A stretch of DNA of 64,000 nt from Oculina patagonica (Eukaryota), in contig NC_135768.1 of the NCBI RefSeq assembly GCF_052425735.1, forward strand, positions 9,424,001 to 9,488,000, given 5' to 3'. The notes under the pieces were generated by a model. It was not told where the DNA came from. It ran no database searches and worked only from the letters and a program-made list of their open reading frames with translations. A program made the translations under genes and the position numbers. Numbering within the stretch: position 1 is the first letter of the stretch; each line of letters starts with the position of its first letter. Below, piece after piece: positions 1-13,400 of this stretch.

Positions 1-281
1 ATGACTAGTTGGTCAGGACCGACGTTGGCTGAAATTCCGTGATACAACCCCTTAAATAAATGTTTTTGTATTCATACACGGCTTTTTTCGGTAATCTTTG
101 TTTGTCGAAGGTTATTGTCTCCTCCATTGCGTTATTTTCCTTATTTATTACGATTACGCTTTCCAATAGGAAAATTACTTAAAGAAACTCTAGGAAAATA
201 GATTTGTTTTTAAGGTAACAGTTAAAACTCGGCAAATTGTGCTACCATGCCGTTGACAAAAAAAATTTTCCTGTAACTTAC

Positions 282-3200
282 CGCAAAAGCCTTCCCGACG
301 CCACGTGATTGAGATTCCATACTGATTACAAGCTCGTACGTAGGACGCGACCGCTGAACAAAAGCATGCGCAGTCACCTCCCTTGTGGCAAAGACAAGCT
401 TCATGCTTACAGGCCTGGAAGTAAGGCTCGGGGTCCACTGTGTCGTGACACTGTTTAAAGTTTGCATTCCTTTTGATTTCATTACATCCTAAATAAAACA
501 AAAGAAGGTTATCAGCAGAGAATAACAAACCCCTAATAAGAAGTGGATCGTAGATATAGAAATTAATAAAATTATGTGAACCATCATTGCTATTTTATGT
601 AGCGGTTCAAGGATATATTGGTTTTGAAAAACTACAAAAATGCGCAAATTCTTTGCAAATTTACTAAACGTATTTGAGTGTAAAAGCGATAAAAAAGGAC
701 ATACATTAAGTGTCTCTGTAGCGTGCAGCTTCCTTATATTGATAATTAATTATTTTGTAGCAAATCCATTTTAACGTGCGAGGTTTTCATTTATCAATTT
801 GCACAAAACTTTGTCAGGTGGCCTTGATTGGAGTAGTTAGACTGTAACAAGTTTCTGATTAATTAACAATATTTGTTTCCTCGGATTTACAGTGTCACTG
901 AATGAAAAGATACGTTGAATGCCACTGCAAATTTCCATAATTTTTATTTTTTTTTTTATTTTTATTTACCTTTCTCGGCCCAGCCTTGCCGATCAGGATT
1001 CTCCAGACATGGGTCAAGACTGACTGGGTAGGGACAATCTTCTTCATCTCGCCATTCATATCCAAACTCTGTGTCATCCGCGGCCATTGTGTTTTTATCG
1101 CGAAGTAATAAGTCGTCCTGGCTAAGTCCATTGAAATTACCGCAGATACCGCTCAACTTATTGGCCTTTTTGTACGTTGGATTCGGTGTGACGTACACAC
1201 GAGAACCTTGATCAAATCGCACCTATAACAACAAATGTAAAATCAAAGGGTAACGTTTTAGTCGTGTTCACTGAACCTTCTAAAGTATACCCTCAAAGTC
1301 CTTGCAGCTTTTCAGTTTTTCACGCGATATATAAGGTGAAAGAGTTGGACGAGAGCTTAACTTCTATCATTAAACCGTTATCAGTTAAACTTGTGATTCA
1401 TTCTGACTTGATTTATTCTGCGTTCACATTCAAGATTTTGACAATTTTTTTCGAGGTTTCTATTTTCCTTTGAACCTCTCTAAATGCCTTCTATCAGGTC
1501 CGCGGTTTTTTGAAAGGACTTTAAGCCAATCTATAATCTAAACTGCCATGAAAACCTCCGCTACGTCGGAAACGTTTCTAAAACAGCCAATTAATAATGC
1601 AGCTAATTCATTATGCGGTCGGTTAATTATGCGGTAATTTAATAATGCAGCTACTGTCAGTAATTATGCGGCTGCTTAATTGTGTGGTTAGTTAATTATA
1701 CGGCTAGTTAATTATGCAACAGTTAATTATGCGGCTAGTTAATTATGCTGTCAGTTAATTATGCGGCTAGTTAATTCTGCCCGAGTGTATCCGTTGAGGT
1801 TCAAGGGCAGCTACGACTGCTATACTTCGTTCGTTCTCTTGACTTCCTGCGTGCTTTAAACAATACAATATGGTTAAGACTTTTTATTTGCTAATTTACT
1901 ACTGCTTACCTCAAATTTGACAAAGAAGGGGTTGTTAGGCTGGTAAATACGAACAATAAGGAACAAGCCGACGTGGAAGATCTCGACATTAGGAATCTCC
2001 ATTTGACATGGCTCTGGATACTCGCCGGGTTTGAAGGATTTTGTATTCTGATTGTGCATGATCGAGAACTCTTTCTGAAACAAATCCACAAAAGACTTCC
2101 CTCCCTCCAGCTCGATACCGACTCGTTTGCACATCTGTAACTCAAGCGAATTCCTGTAAGGGAAAACAAAGACAACATTCAGTCATTGTTAGAGTAGTAT
2201 CACGAACCAAAACAAAGAGTGATGACACAGGGTTCCGGGAAGAGAGGGGGAAGGGCGGAGCCTGGGCGCTCTTAATGTTTCCCCGTGGAGACTGCAGCCC
2301 TTGTTATGCTGCTTCATGTTCGATCTCTTATATTGTTTTGAAGAGCATAAAGCCTTTAAACGTTTGCCACAAAGCTGGAGCCCTGTTTGGGAAAGGCCGA
2401 GAGCCCGGGTATCCGACATTTTTGGGCCCGTAATGTTGAGAGGACATGGATTCCTTTGGTAAACATCGAACTACAGGCTTCAAAGCATAAAGGCCCACCT
2501 TTCAGGAAATCAATCCACCCTTCTTCAAGGTGCATTAGCAAACAGTTTCGGAGGTCGTGGGTTCAAATCTCTTTTTCTCGTGTCGTCCACCAATCCATGT
2601 GGTTCCTGTATTTCCTTACGCCCAGAAGGAAATTCATCGGTTTATTTTCAGCACTTCAAATTACTACAGAGTTAATTCTCTGATATCCAGCGGCTTACTC
2701 TGCGACCCCGGATTTCATGTATGGCTATATACAGATTTAAAACACTGATCGCCAATTGACTTCAGATCACAAAGCTTGGCTTTTCAGTAAAAAAATATTT
2801 TTTGTTTGTTTTTCTAATCGTTTTTTTCCTTATTTTAACAGAGCAACATACCTGCAGGGCTCGTTCTTGACCGAGATCTTGACCCCGTCTCCCTCCAACA
2901 TCGTAAACTCACATCGTTCCTGATGGAAGACGATCCATCGACCGTCAAAGGTTCGGTACTGATCCTGACCGTACGAGGCGCACTCGTACTCCGGCGATGG
3001 ATCGATCGTGTTGTCGGAGATCCACTCACGTGCTCCGTTACAGGTCCTGGTGGGAAAAGAAACAAACCGTTACATTTTAATGGTAATGCAACGCACACAG
3101 ATCGGTAACGCAACGTGCTTAGTGCAGTTTAGCAGCTATACGATCTGTGTTCCATTGCTTCATGACCCTCACAGATCGTACGCGTTGTGTAAAATGACAT

Positions 3201-6200
3201 TAAAGGGCGAATTACTTTCGAGAGAACGTAACAGCCAAAACGCAACGCACCTACATCAATAAAGCAAAGCACACTCACTGAAAGCACATGTAACGCAACG
3301 CACGCACCGGTAACACAAATGTTGGTCGTTCTGGCATTCGACAATAGACGTAAAGGATAAGAAATGATGAATGTTTCCCAATCAAATGGATATAAATCAA
3401 ATTTTTGCACAAGAAAAAACGTTTTAATTTTAGTGCATTTAAGCCAAAGTTACAAAAGTACATAAAATCGTAGGTTTAAGTTTTATTTTCCACTAAAACA
3501 ACTGGACTACCTGCCCTTGTTTTCTATAAGCGCTAGTCAACTCGGCCTCGTTGATTAGTCGCTCACAGAAAACTCGGAATCGTAGTCTTATTGCGTGAGA
3601 GAAACAATCAGTTTTGCAGGATTGCACTGAACCAAACACTTACTTTGAACAATCAACAGGGTTGGAGTCACCCTTCTGGTAAAACTTGTTGTTGTGTTTA
3701 CAGCCGCACTCATTCTTTTCCACACAAGTGCCATTCTCAAGAAGCAGTTGGTCTCCCGGACAGAAGCATCCCGGCTTGCACCGGGAGGCTCGTGCTGCGT
3801 CACTCATTAAGAAGTTGTCACAGGTGACACCACAGTCGGAGTACACTTTGCCCACGCTTTTGCACAACTCTGTAAAGACGAACAAACATAAACGTGTTGT
3901 GTCCATGGTATAGAACTGAATGACATTAACGCACTATTTTAAGACGGTTTCCGCTAAACATTCAAGCAAAAAATTAAAAAATTAAAGTGAACAAAGAAAA
4001 CTCATAGCATGGTAAAAGTTTGAGTACAGTTAAGAAGAGCTTTTTGAAACTTCCACTCTCAAACTGACCCACGAGAGAAAACTTTATTTTAAGTTGTCCA
4101 TATTTTAATAAAACGGGCGTTTCACGTAAGTTGAAAACAAAATAACAGCGTTTTTAGCATTTTAACGAGGTGTTACATAAACTTTCTCGACAATGCTTAG
4201 TAATTTCATCGTGACGTCACTTAGAAAAATGAATTAAAGTGAGGTGTTTCAAATTGTATTCAAAATGTTCCGTGATATGAGTAGATTTTTAGTATTTCAT
4301 TTTTGCCCTTATTGCTCGAACTTTGAGCGGATACCACGTTTACACTAGTTTCTGGATTCGTGACTAATCTGGAATTGTTTTGCTGCCGGACTCGTTTTGC
4401 CGTTTACGCACTTGTGGGCGAATCTGAAACAAAAATGTCCCGGTTTGGTCGCGTCTCCCCAAATAATGAATCCTACAATTTAAAGCGAATGCTTTTTAAT
4501 CCGTACTGTGACGACTCCGGATATTATCCGACTGATTGGTAACCGTTTCCACATGACTGTTCCCAGATTTTCGATGTGTGCTTTATACTATACATACCAT
4601 TACAGTCCTGAGCAGTACATTCCCACTGTCCGGCTCCTTTGCAGGTACTAATAAGGAAAAAAGTTAAACGAATAAATCATAAAGTCCAGTAAGTATCGCA
4701 AAGAGACCAACTATTGGTAAAGTAGAACTCAGTTTGCTAAGCAAGTGACGTCTTTCCATCAATAATGCGCCTGGTAGCAAATGCGGTTGAGCATTTGTCA
4801 GGCTGGCAAAAAATGACTACAAGATCAACTATCAGTAAATCATTATTTATCGGCATTCTTAAAGCATCTTAAAAAATCTATCTTCTCATTCTTACTTTCT
4901 CTGGAATTAAATAGTTGATTCATGGAAAAATCATTTGTTGATAGAAACTTTGATCTTGCAGTCACAGCCTCTTTCAGAAGTTCCGTTTATTGGGAAGCAG
5001 CGGGAAGAACGGGATTTACTCGATTTAACCGACAAACCGAACACCGGGAACACGCTATTGCAGTGAGAGCTCGCGAAGAAAATTTCCCCTCCCCACCCCC
5101 GCTACCCTAGGTTGTGCCCTGTGGCTTCATTGATACAATTTCATTACCCTGCACCACTCAAACAAACACTTAGCAAAAACAGTCAACCTACCAAGTGTTA
5201 CACTGCTGAATTCTTGTTGCTCCTTTCTCATACTCTTTGCCTTCAAAGTAACAGGGGCAGTCCGTTTTTTGTACGCATTTATCTCCTCGCAGGACCATGT
5301 CTGTATCGTTACAATAGCAAGCTTCAACACAGCCGCGCCTACAGAGACAAACAACATTGAAAATTATTTGACGCATATAAACGCAAGTATAGCATTCTAA
5401 GCTACAGACATCTTCCATAATTTTTGCTTTCTGTCTTCTTCAAATGACCTACTGACCGTCTGAATGGACGGACAAACGTACCAATGATTAAACGAGCAAA
5501 GGAACGAACGCAAGCACGACCGCACGAACGAACGAACGAACGAACGAACGAACGAACGAACGAACGATTGAAAGACCGACTGAATTACACAGCGAGTGAG
5601 TGACTAAAGGACTTTACTTAGCAGCGGTGTAACTAAGTTACCAAGTGAATGCAAAACTAAGTGACGTAGAAGGTGAGTAATAAAGAAACTGAGTGACTGC
5701 TTGATTGAGTGACTGAGAGACTAAGTGCAAAAACGACTGAGTGACTAAAGGACTTTACTTAGCAGCGGAATAACTTAGTTACTAAGCGACTGGAAAACTT
5801 AATGACGTAGAGGGTGAGTTATAAAGCAACTGAGCGACTGCTTGATTGAGTGACTCGGTGACTAAGTTCCAAAACGACTGGGTGAACGAGTGACTAAGCG
5901 ACTGGGCGACTACTTTGCTGCGCGACGGAGCAGTGGCCTGACCAACTCACTGATTTGTTTAGCAGGTCTGTTTTTGATCATGATAAGCGAGTCGTGCATA
6001 CCTCTGGCAGTCGCCTTCTTGATCAGGATCCAAATCCTCGCAGGTTTGAGGACAAGCCAAGGAACCATTGTCGTGTCTGTGGCACTGTTCAAGAACCATG
6101 TCTGCTCCGCACTTGAAATCTGAAGCAAAATGTCGAGCTTGGTTTAGAAGAAGATTGCATGAAAAATATGTTTTCACTTCGGTCATCCTGTTACTATCTA

Positions 6201-7465
6201 CGTGGCATTTACATTTTGTCACTTTGTAAGGAAAAAACAACGAACTATGGCCTTAATTCTTTTTCTTACTTCCCAGCTAAGCATTGCAAATGAATGCGTT
6301 ACCAGACTGTATTAAACAAGTGATTTTACAGAGTTTAAAAAGAACATTCAGGGAATGACTTTTGTTTAGACACATTTTGTTTATATATAGATTTTTTTCG
6401 CTATAAATTTTATTTGAAGATTCTAGTTTCTTCTAAATGTGTAACGTCTGATTTTAGAGTATTTTATTGTATTTCTCGAAGATATTAGCTACTATTGTTA
6501 ATATACGTAAATATTATAAGATACTTTAAAATTCGAGAGAAAAAATAGTCTATGTATATATGTATGTAACTCATGTCGAAGCGAGTTGGTCAAGTAGGCA
6601 TAACAATCTACCCCCCTAGGCCTGGTAATGAAACAGTTTTCTCACCTTGAGCGCAGCGCGCAACATAATTTCGCCATCCGTTCACATCGATGTCCTTCCT
6701 CGCGCACTCCTTGGCGTATCCAGAAATCACGTTACACAGGCACCCCTCGCATCGACAGCCGTCCTGTATACACTTCTCATGGTACTCCTTATAACTGATT
6801 TCGTTATGGCAATCGGCGAAAGGCCCGGCGGGATCTTTGATGACGCTGCATTGCTCCAGAGTCCAGTTCTTGTTCTGCAGATAGATGTCGCAGTAATTGA
6901 TGGAGCTGACGACGCTTTCCGAGGCGCATTTTTCCACTGAGCGATCTGGGACCAACCACTCCTGTGCGAACTCGTCGATGGTCACAATATCGTCATTACT
7001 GCGCATGTGAAAATCGTCTTCCTTCATGTCGTTAAACGTGCCGCAGAGACCACAAGTTTGATCTTTTAATGTCGAGTTCACCGTCAAATACGTGTTATAA
7101 CCCGTCCAGTGGATTGAAAATGCGACACCATTCTGTGGGATAAAAAGAACAAATTAGTTTTACTTTCGGGGAGAAATTTTAAAACCCTCCAATAACCCCT
7201 TCTTTGTTTAAGCCTTTACATTTAACTTTTACAATAACGTCACTATTGAGTAGTACTTTTAGTGGTGCTTTTTATTGTTATTGCACTGTACAAGGAGATT
7301 TTAAGGTCTCTGAATAAAACCTTAGTGTGCGAGTATTTAAATGAAAGCCATTGAGTAATACTTTTATTTAGTACTGTTTGTTTTAGATTGTCTGTAGCCA
7401 CTGAAATCGACCATTAACATGAAAGTTATTGAGAAGTATGTTAAAATCTGATCGTGTTTAAATAA

Positions 7466-7499
<34 letters not shown>

Positions 7500-10400
7500 C
7501 CGAAAGTGCCTTTTGTTATGTACTACAAGGCTACAGAAACTTCTGAGTCTGCGAACAAGAACAAGTGAAATACCTGTAAGTCGACGTGAATGAAAATATT
7601 TCGATCACCCAAAAACTCGACGTCCATCTTCTCCGTGGAGTAATCCCTTGTGACGCTTGTGGTGCTGCCATGTTCGGTCTCAATGGACGCGGTTGGTTTC
7701 TTCGAATCATCATCGACGTCCAGTATCAAGAAAGGCTCTCCTGTGACATTCACGAGCAGCTCCCGTCTGCAGTGTGAGTACAAAGACGAGCAGTACCTGT
7801 TACGAATTGTGATGGAGAAACCCCTGTCTGTTCCGTTAGGCAGGTGACAGTGCTCGGACAGGACATAGGCGCACTGCTTCAAGTGCATCGTGTAAGACTT
7901 GCCATCAAATGTGGTGACGTGAGGATCGCCGATAACCGAGCAAGTACCTGAAAACAAAATTACGATTAAACTAAGGTTTCATCGCAACCGTCGTGTTCTC
8001 ATAGTGGCTATGCTTCGCATGCGCTGCCCACGTGGCCCGAAAATGCGATAAATCATGTTTTAGACCTAAGCGGAAGGTTGTATTAACGCAATATTTTTTT
8101 TTAAAAAAAAGGAAGGCTACATAAAGGAACTGTTTAACCCCAATAAGACAATATTATGCAAGGTAAAGGTCACAACCTTCGCAGCTAGCAACCGTTTTAC
8201 ACGATATTCTTGGAGTTACGGTGAACTATTAACATTTGCACTTATTTAAACGTCCTTAAATTGACGCCTTAATTTTCGTGAATTAAAGTAATATCTGTTT
8301 TCTTGACTCAAAATTTTGAAAACTCCCAGTTGCAGGAAATTTATTAATTGTTTTGCTCTGTTTGACATATTAAATTGATCTTTTAACCTTGTTCAGAGAG
8401 CTATCTTATTTTGTTTCTGTTGAGTCTTTGCTATTTGGGTTAATTACCATCATCAAGAAATATTACTTTCTTGTTCTCGTTGACGTCCATTCTTATTTTT
8501 CCATGTCCCTTTACAAGTTTAATTTTCTATAGCAAGGTACAAGATTAATTCGAGTGTTTCATTAACTGATTTGATTACACTTAGTTAAATCACTGACCTG
8601 GACAAGGTTTCTTTTTACACAACCACTCTCCTCCGTTACATGTGCTAAAAAAAAATAATAAATCATTGCATTAGCAAAGTTAAACCAATCAAGTGAATGA
8701 GTTCGACAAAACCAAAAACGAAACTTCCCTAACAGCAAAATGAAAAAGCAAATGCAAAACCATTAAGCGAAAATGGGTTATGCGTGAATGTTTCACTTTC
8801 GCGAAGCGAACGAAGAATTTTAGTGCGGTGAGTTTTATTGAAAGAAAGAAAGAAAGAAACAATAGGCGCTGAGTTCATTGTTTAGTTTGCCGCCCTAGCA
8901 TGATCTAATGAGTAGTGTCGCGCATTCATAGCAACCAATGAAAACAGCTCTTTCTTAGCGTCTATGAATATTAACAAGCGTCATGACAGATCTATAAACT
9001 TTCTTTAACTGTAAGAAAATGTCCCGAGAACAATAGGCATTCTACGCTATGCTTTTTCAAAGCACACTGACAAAAACACATTTTCCAGAGCTAATAAATT
9101 ACGATAAGTAGCTCTTGTTATTTCGTCCCTCGTAAATACCACGCCTAGTAGATTGCCCTTTGCTCCGTGCTGTAATATGCTTAAAATAAATAAATAAACA
9201 TTAAAATAATATTCAATTCTTTTTGGTGAAAAAAAAAAGCAGCTTTTAAGTAACACGAGGGCAAAAAAAGTGTAACATGAGTGCATTATTGTACTAAGAG
9301 TGGAAAATACGACGACAATTTTCGAAGTTAGTCCGATGAAACACGAAGACACTTAATGGATGCCGAGGTTACTCTGTGTAGTCCAAAGATCACCCGAAGA
9401 CATCCAACGATTGGGATTGATATCTGCCGAACTACAATTTTTGTTGGCCTTTTTACTGATAAGATACCTATAATAAAATTATAGGACGAGAAATGCACAT
9501 ATTACAGCACTTACTTGACTCGGAATGCGATAGCAAAACATTGACGAAGACTTTTGAAGTGGACGAATAATTTGGAGCTGACACTTGAACAAAGACACAG
9601 ACAACAAATACACAAACAGACCGGCAAAGTAATTCTCACCATGTTTCACAAGGCTCCGCCCTTATTGCTCCATTGGGGTATGTCACCTTTCGGTACAAGC
9701 AAGAGCACTGGCTTTTTTCAACACACACATTGCCGTCCAGCCACTTGCCCTCAGGACAATGGCATCCATCAGTACACGGTGAGTTACACTTGGCCTTGTC
9801 ACTGTTTATGTTTCGGCATGTCAGAGGGCAGGATGATCCACATTCGTTGTACTCGAACCCAACAGGACATTGTAAAGCTATTAGACAAACAAGACCCATT
9901 TGGATTGTGCTTTGAACGCATTTCGAACGTTCAGAATAAACTGAATGTCCTGAGTATTGGGAAAGTTTATCTTTAGTTTGCTTTGAGAAAGAGGTTTTCA
10001 AGAATTTAGGCTCTATCTCACGACTTATGTTTTAAATGAAATACGATTTATATTATGCTCTCTTATGTCATGATCTATGTTATACTGTCTATGTCACGAC
10101 TCTGTATCACGAACTGTGCTCTTGTCACCAACAATGCTCTACCCTCTAGTGTCACGGTCTTTGCTTAGAGGTCCAAGTTACGACTCACTATGTCATGATC
10201 TATGCGTTACCCTCGATGTCACGATCTATGCGTTACTCTCTATGTTACGATCTACGCTTTGCTCTCTGTTTAAACCTTTGATATATTCTGTACGTCAATG
10301 CTGAAGACATATCTTTTTTAAGATGGCATATAAATTGTTTTACTCTTCTTAATCTTTCTTGATCGTTTTAATAATTATCTTTATAATTTTAATAGTTTAT

Positions 10401-13400
10401 ATTTTTTATATTTTATACGATTTCATCTTACCTGTAAAGCGCTTTAGAATATTTTTATATAATTTTAGTGCTATGTAAATTAAATTATTATTAAATTATT
10501 ATGTCGCAATCTTAGTTATGATCTGTTTATCACGATAAATGCGACGCTATCAATTTGTCGCGATCCCATGCCAACCAATTCATAGAAATTATCATTTTGA
10601 TACCCTGTTGGTTTATCAATAATGTCGGGAGAAAATTATTTTCCGATCATTAAATATGTTTACTTACGACAAAGTTGAGGTGTTCTCCATCCCTTAAGCG
10701 TGGTGTTGTGATACCACGCGCAGACACGCGCGTACAACGCGAGAGAGTCACACATCGCGTCTTGCCTGTTTGTGTACTGCGTTTTGTACATATCGGACAT
10801 ACACATCCCAAAGAACGGTTTATAATCGGCGAGGTTATGACAGGGCTGGAATGCGGGATTCTCAATAACACTGCAATCACGCTCAATGGCAAGTACCTCT
10901 GCTGTTGTCCTCTTGGGCGGCTTTATAACCAGACTGTTGTCACAAGTGGTCTTTTGCTTGAAGCTGTCCGCAAAGGCGTTGATTTCGTCTTGCGTGGGGT
11001 TCAGTTTCACATTGCCCTGGATGTCGGTGAAGTCGTTGGTACCGTTTCCGTCATAAAGACCGCACAAGCCGACCAGCTTATGATCTTTAGAGAGCTTGTA
11101 GCTGTCAGGGACTTTGATTATGACGTCTTGCTGACCGTCCCACAGAATGTTGATGTGGTCCTGGGATTTCACTAAAACGTAGCGGCCGCTCTGAAAGGGA
11201 AAAAGAAAACAGTTCGTGACTACGTGTCAAAAAATCGTTGCACATGCCAGATAGAGTGTTAGGTGCCTTACCATAACTGTTTAAATAGGCTTGACAAGAC
11301 TAAATTCACGCCCCCCACGCGCGTTTTTTTTTTTTAGCCTTTCTTATAGTTTTGCCAGAACGAGTATATCTTTAAGAAATTTCTCACGCTTGTATGATAT
11401 GATAGGAGGTTGGTTGAAGTTCTATTAGGAGTCACTTTGCCATAAGAACTTTCTTAAGACAAGGAACTGATGGTTGATATCTGTTTTGCGATTTGGAAAA
11501 GGTCCCGTTCAAGAAGACAGGGAAAATTATTTCGAGGATTTCGTTTAAATTTCTGCGAAGTTAATAGCTTGAGCGAATAAGTCTTTCTTCACGCACCCAA
11601 TTCATCTTCCTCGAGATAGAAATTTGGTTAGAGATAGGGCCAGTTATCATAGAAGTAACAGCAAAGAAAACCACCTTATAAAATTAAATGTTTCGGGAGT
11701 TTGGCGGATCAACGCGGTGGTGTAGTGGGGAGAAGGGGATGATAGCATGCCGGAGGTGCCAGGTTCGATCTCGGGTGGTGAAATGCATTTTTTTTTTTCA
11801 GTACAAAAAAATTGAAATGATAGTGGAAAAACAATTGTAACTGTCTTGGCAATGGCATTGACTGAACTCAGATTATTTTCTTTATCCCATGCTCTAGACA
11901 AGTGAATTAAAATTCACTGACCTTTTTCATATACGGTGCCGTCGTTGTATGTGGAAGATCAATCGCTTTTCCCTCCACTTTCACGACAAATGAAGTGTTA
12001 GTCTTTTTCCCCAAATGCACGTTTACGCCATCTATAATCAAGTCCAAAGATTTTTGGCACGGGTTGTAGATATCACAGTTCGGGTCACCATTGAGAACAA
12101 CCTTGAACTGCTCAGGGTTCTCACTGTCCAAGACAAGCATTGATGAACAGGGACCTGAGAATCTGTAGCCAGTGTTGTCGAAGGTGTTGAAGTGCTCTCT
12201 GCCATTGACAAAACAACTTCCTGGTGCTATAACGGTCAAAAACAAAGAAACATTAGGTTAAAAGTTTGTACTTCTGTATAAATCGCGAGAGGTCTCTCTT
12301 GGGGTGGTGGGCGAAGGCCTTCCACTATGTAAGCGTGAGTTATTCCCTCGCAATTTATGAATTGGAATATCTCAGACTCCCCCCTCCCACCAGCCTTTAG
12401 CCAGCTTGCTCTACCCAGTGCTTAGGTCTCGTCTTAAAATAAATTACATGTGGGGAAATTAAAGCACCAGTTAAAAAGCATTAACTTAGGTTATCGCGGT
12501 CACTGGGTGTTAACTCCGGTAAGGAAATGAAACTACACAAGGCAAACGTGACTCAAGACCTCTCCAGGCTGGCATCGGTTTACCGTCAAGAGGGCGACTA
12601 CGTTAAGAGGGCGGGTTGGAAGCGAGATTTGGGTAGTTTAAAAGATATTCTTTGGCAAGTACAGACAAAACTGTCTTAAGATGAGGTTGATGCGTGTATA
12701 ATAATAGACTTACCATCTATGGTCGGCGGTGGTGCAACGTTAGTGGGGGCAACAACTGTAAAATTGATAAAAGGAGTTTATTAGAAAAACACAATAAAGC
12801 AGCGATGCCAGTACACCCGTTAATTAAACTTATTACAGCTTAAAACGTTTTAACCAAATCCAAGGTGCGTGAAGAAGCTGAAGAACAAAAACGTTACGCT
12901 TCAAGGCTTGTTGTTCAAGATAATATTAAGTTCTCCCTAATGATTGCTACACATATATCAGCGCCAAGAACTTGGGGGTTCATAAAGACAAAATCTTTAA
13001 GTTCGTGATATTCTTTCTTTTCATATCCTTTTTGCTTAGAATGTAGTAACAATTCAAGGAGAAAATAGAACTTGATGGATGTTGGTGCTTTAAGTATCTC
13101 AAGATTTCTAACAAAGAAACTTTACCTCGAATTACTACCTTCTCTTCAGCTACTTACAATAGGTTCAAGTTGTGGCCTATGTTACGTGGGAAAAGCATTT
13201 GATCACCTCAAGGACATTTCAAGTCAATGAAATATAGTTTTGGTTTTACGAGTACTTTCGATTAACCTTTACAAATACGATCATTCTCTCCATGTAGGCA
13301 CAAACTGGACAAAATCTGGGGCCGAGAGGTGTCTCGCTCCCAGATTCTGCACGGCGGTTTCCGACCTTGCACTTCTCGCTCAACAGACTAGGAAAATAAA

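Noticed and set aside
2189-2750. Overlapping short ORFs in a mucin intron
   Set aside because: No recognisable domain; the flanking exons splice in frame without them.
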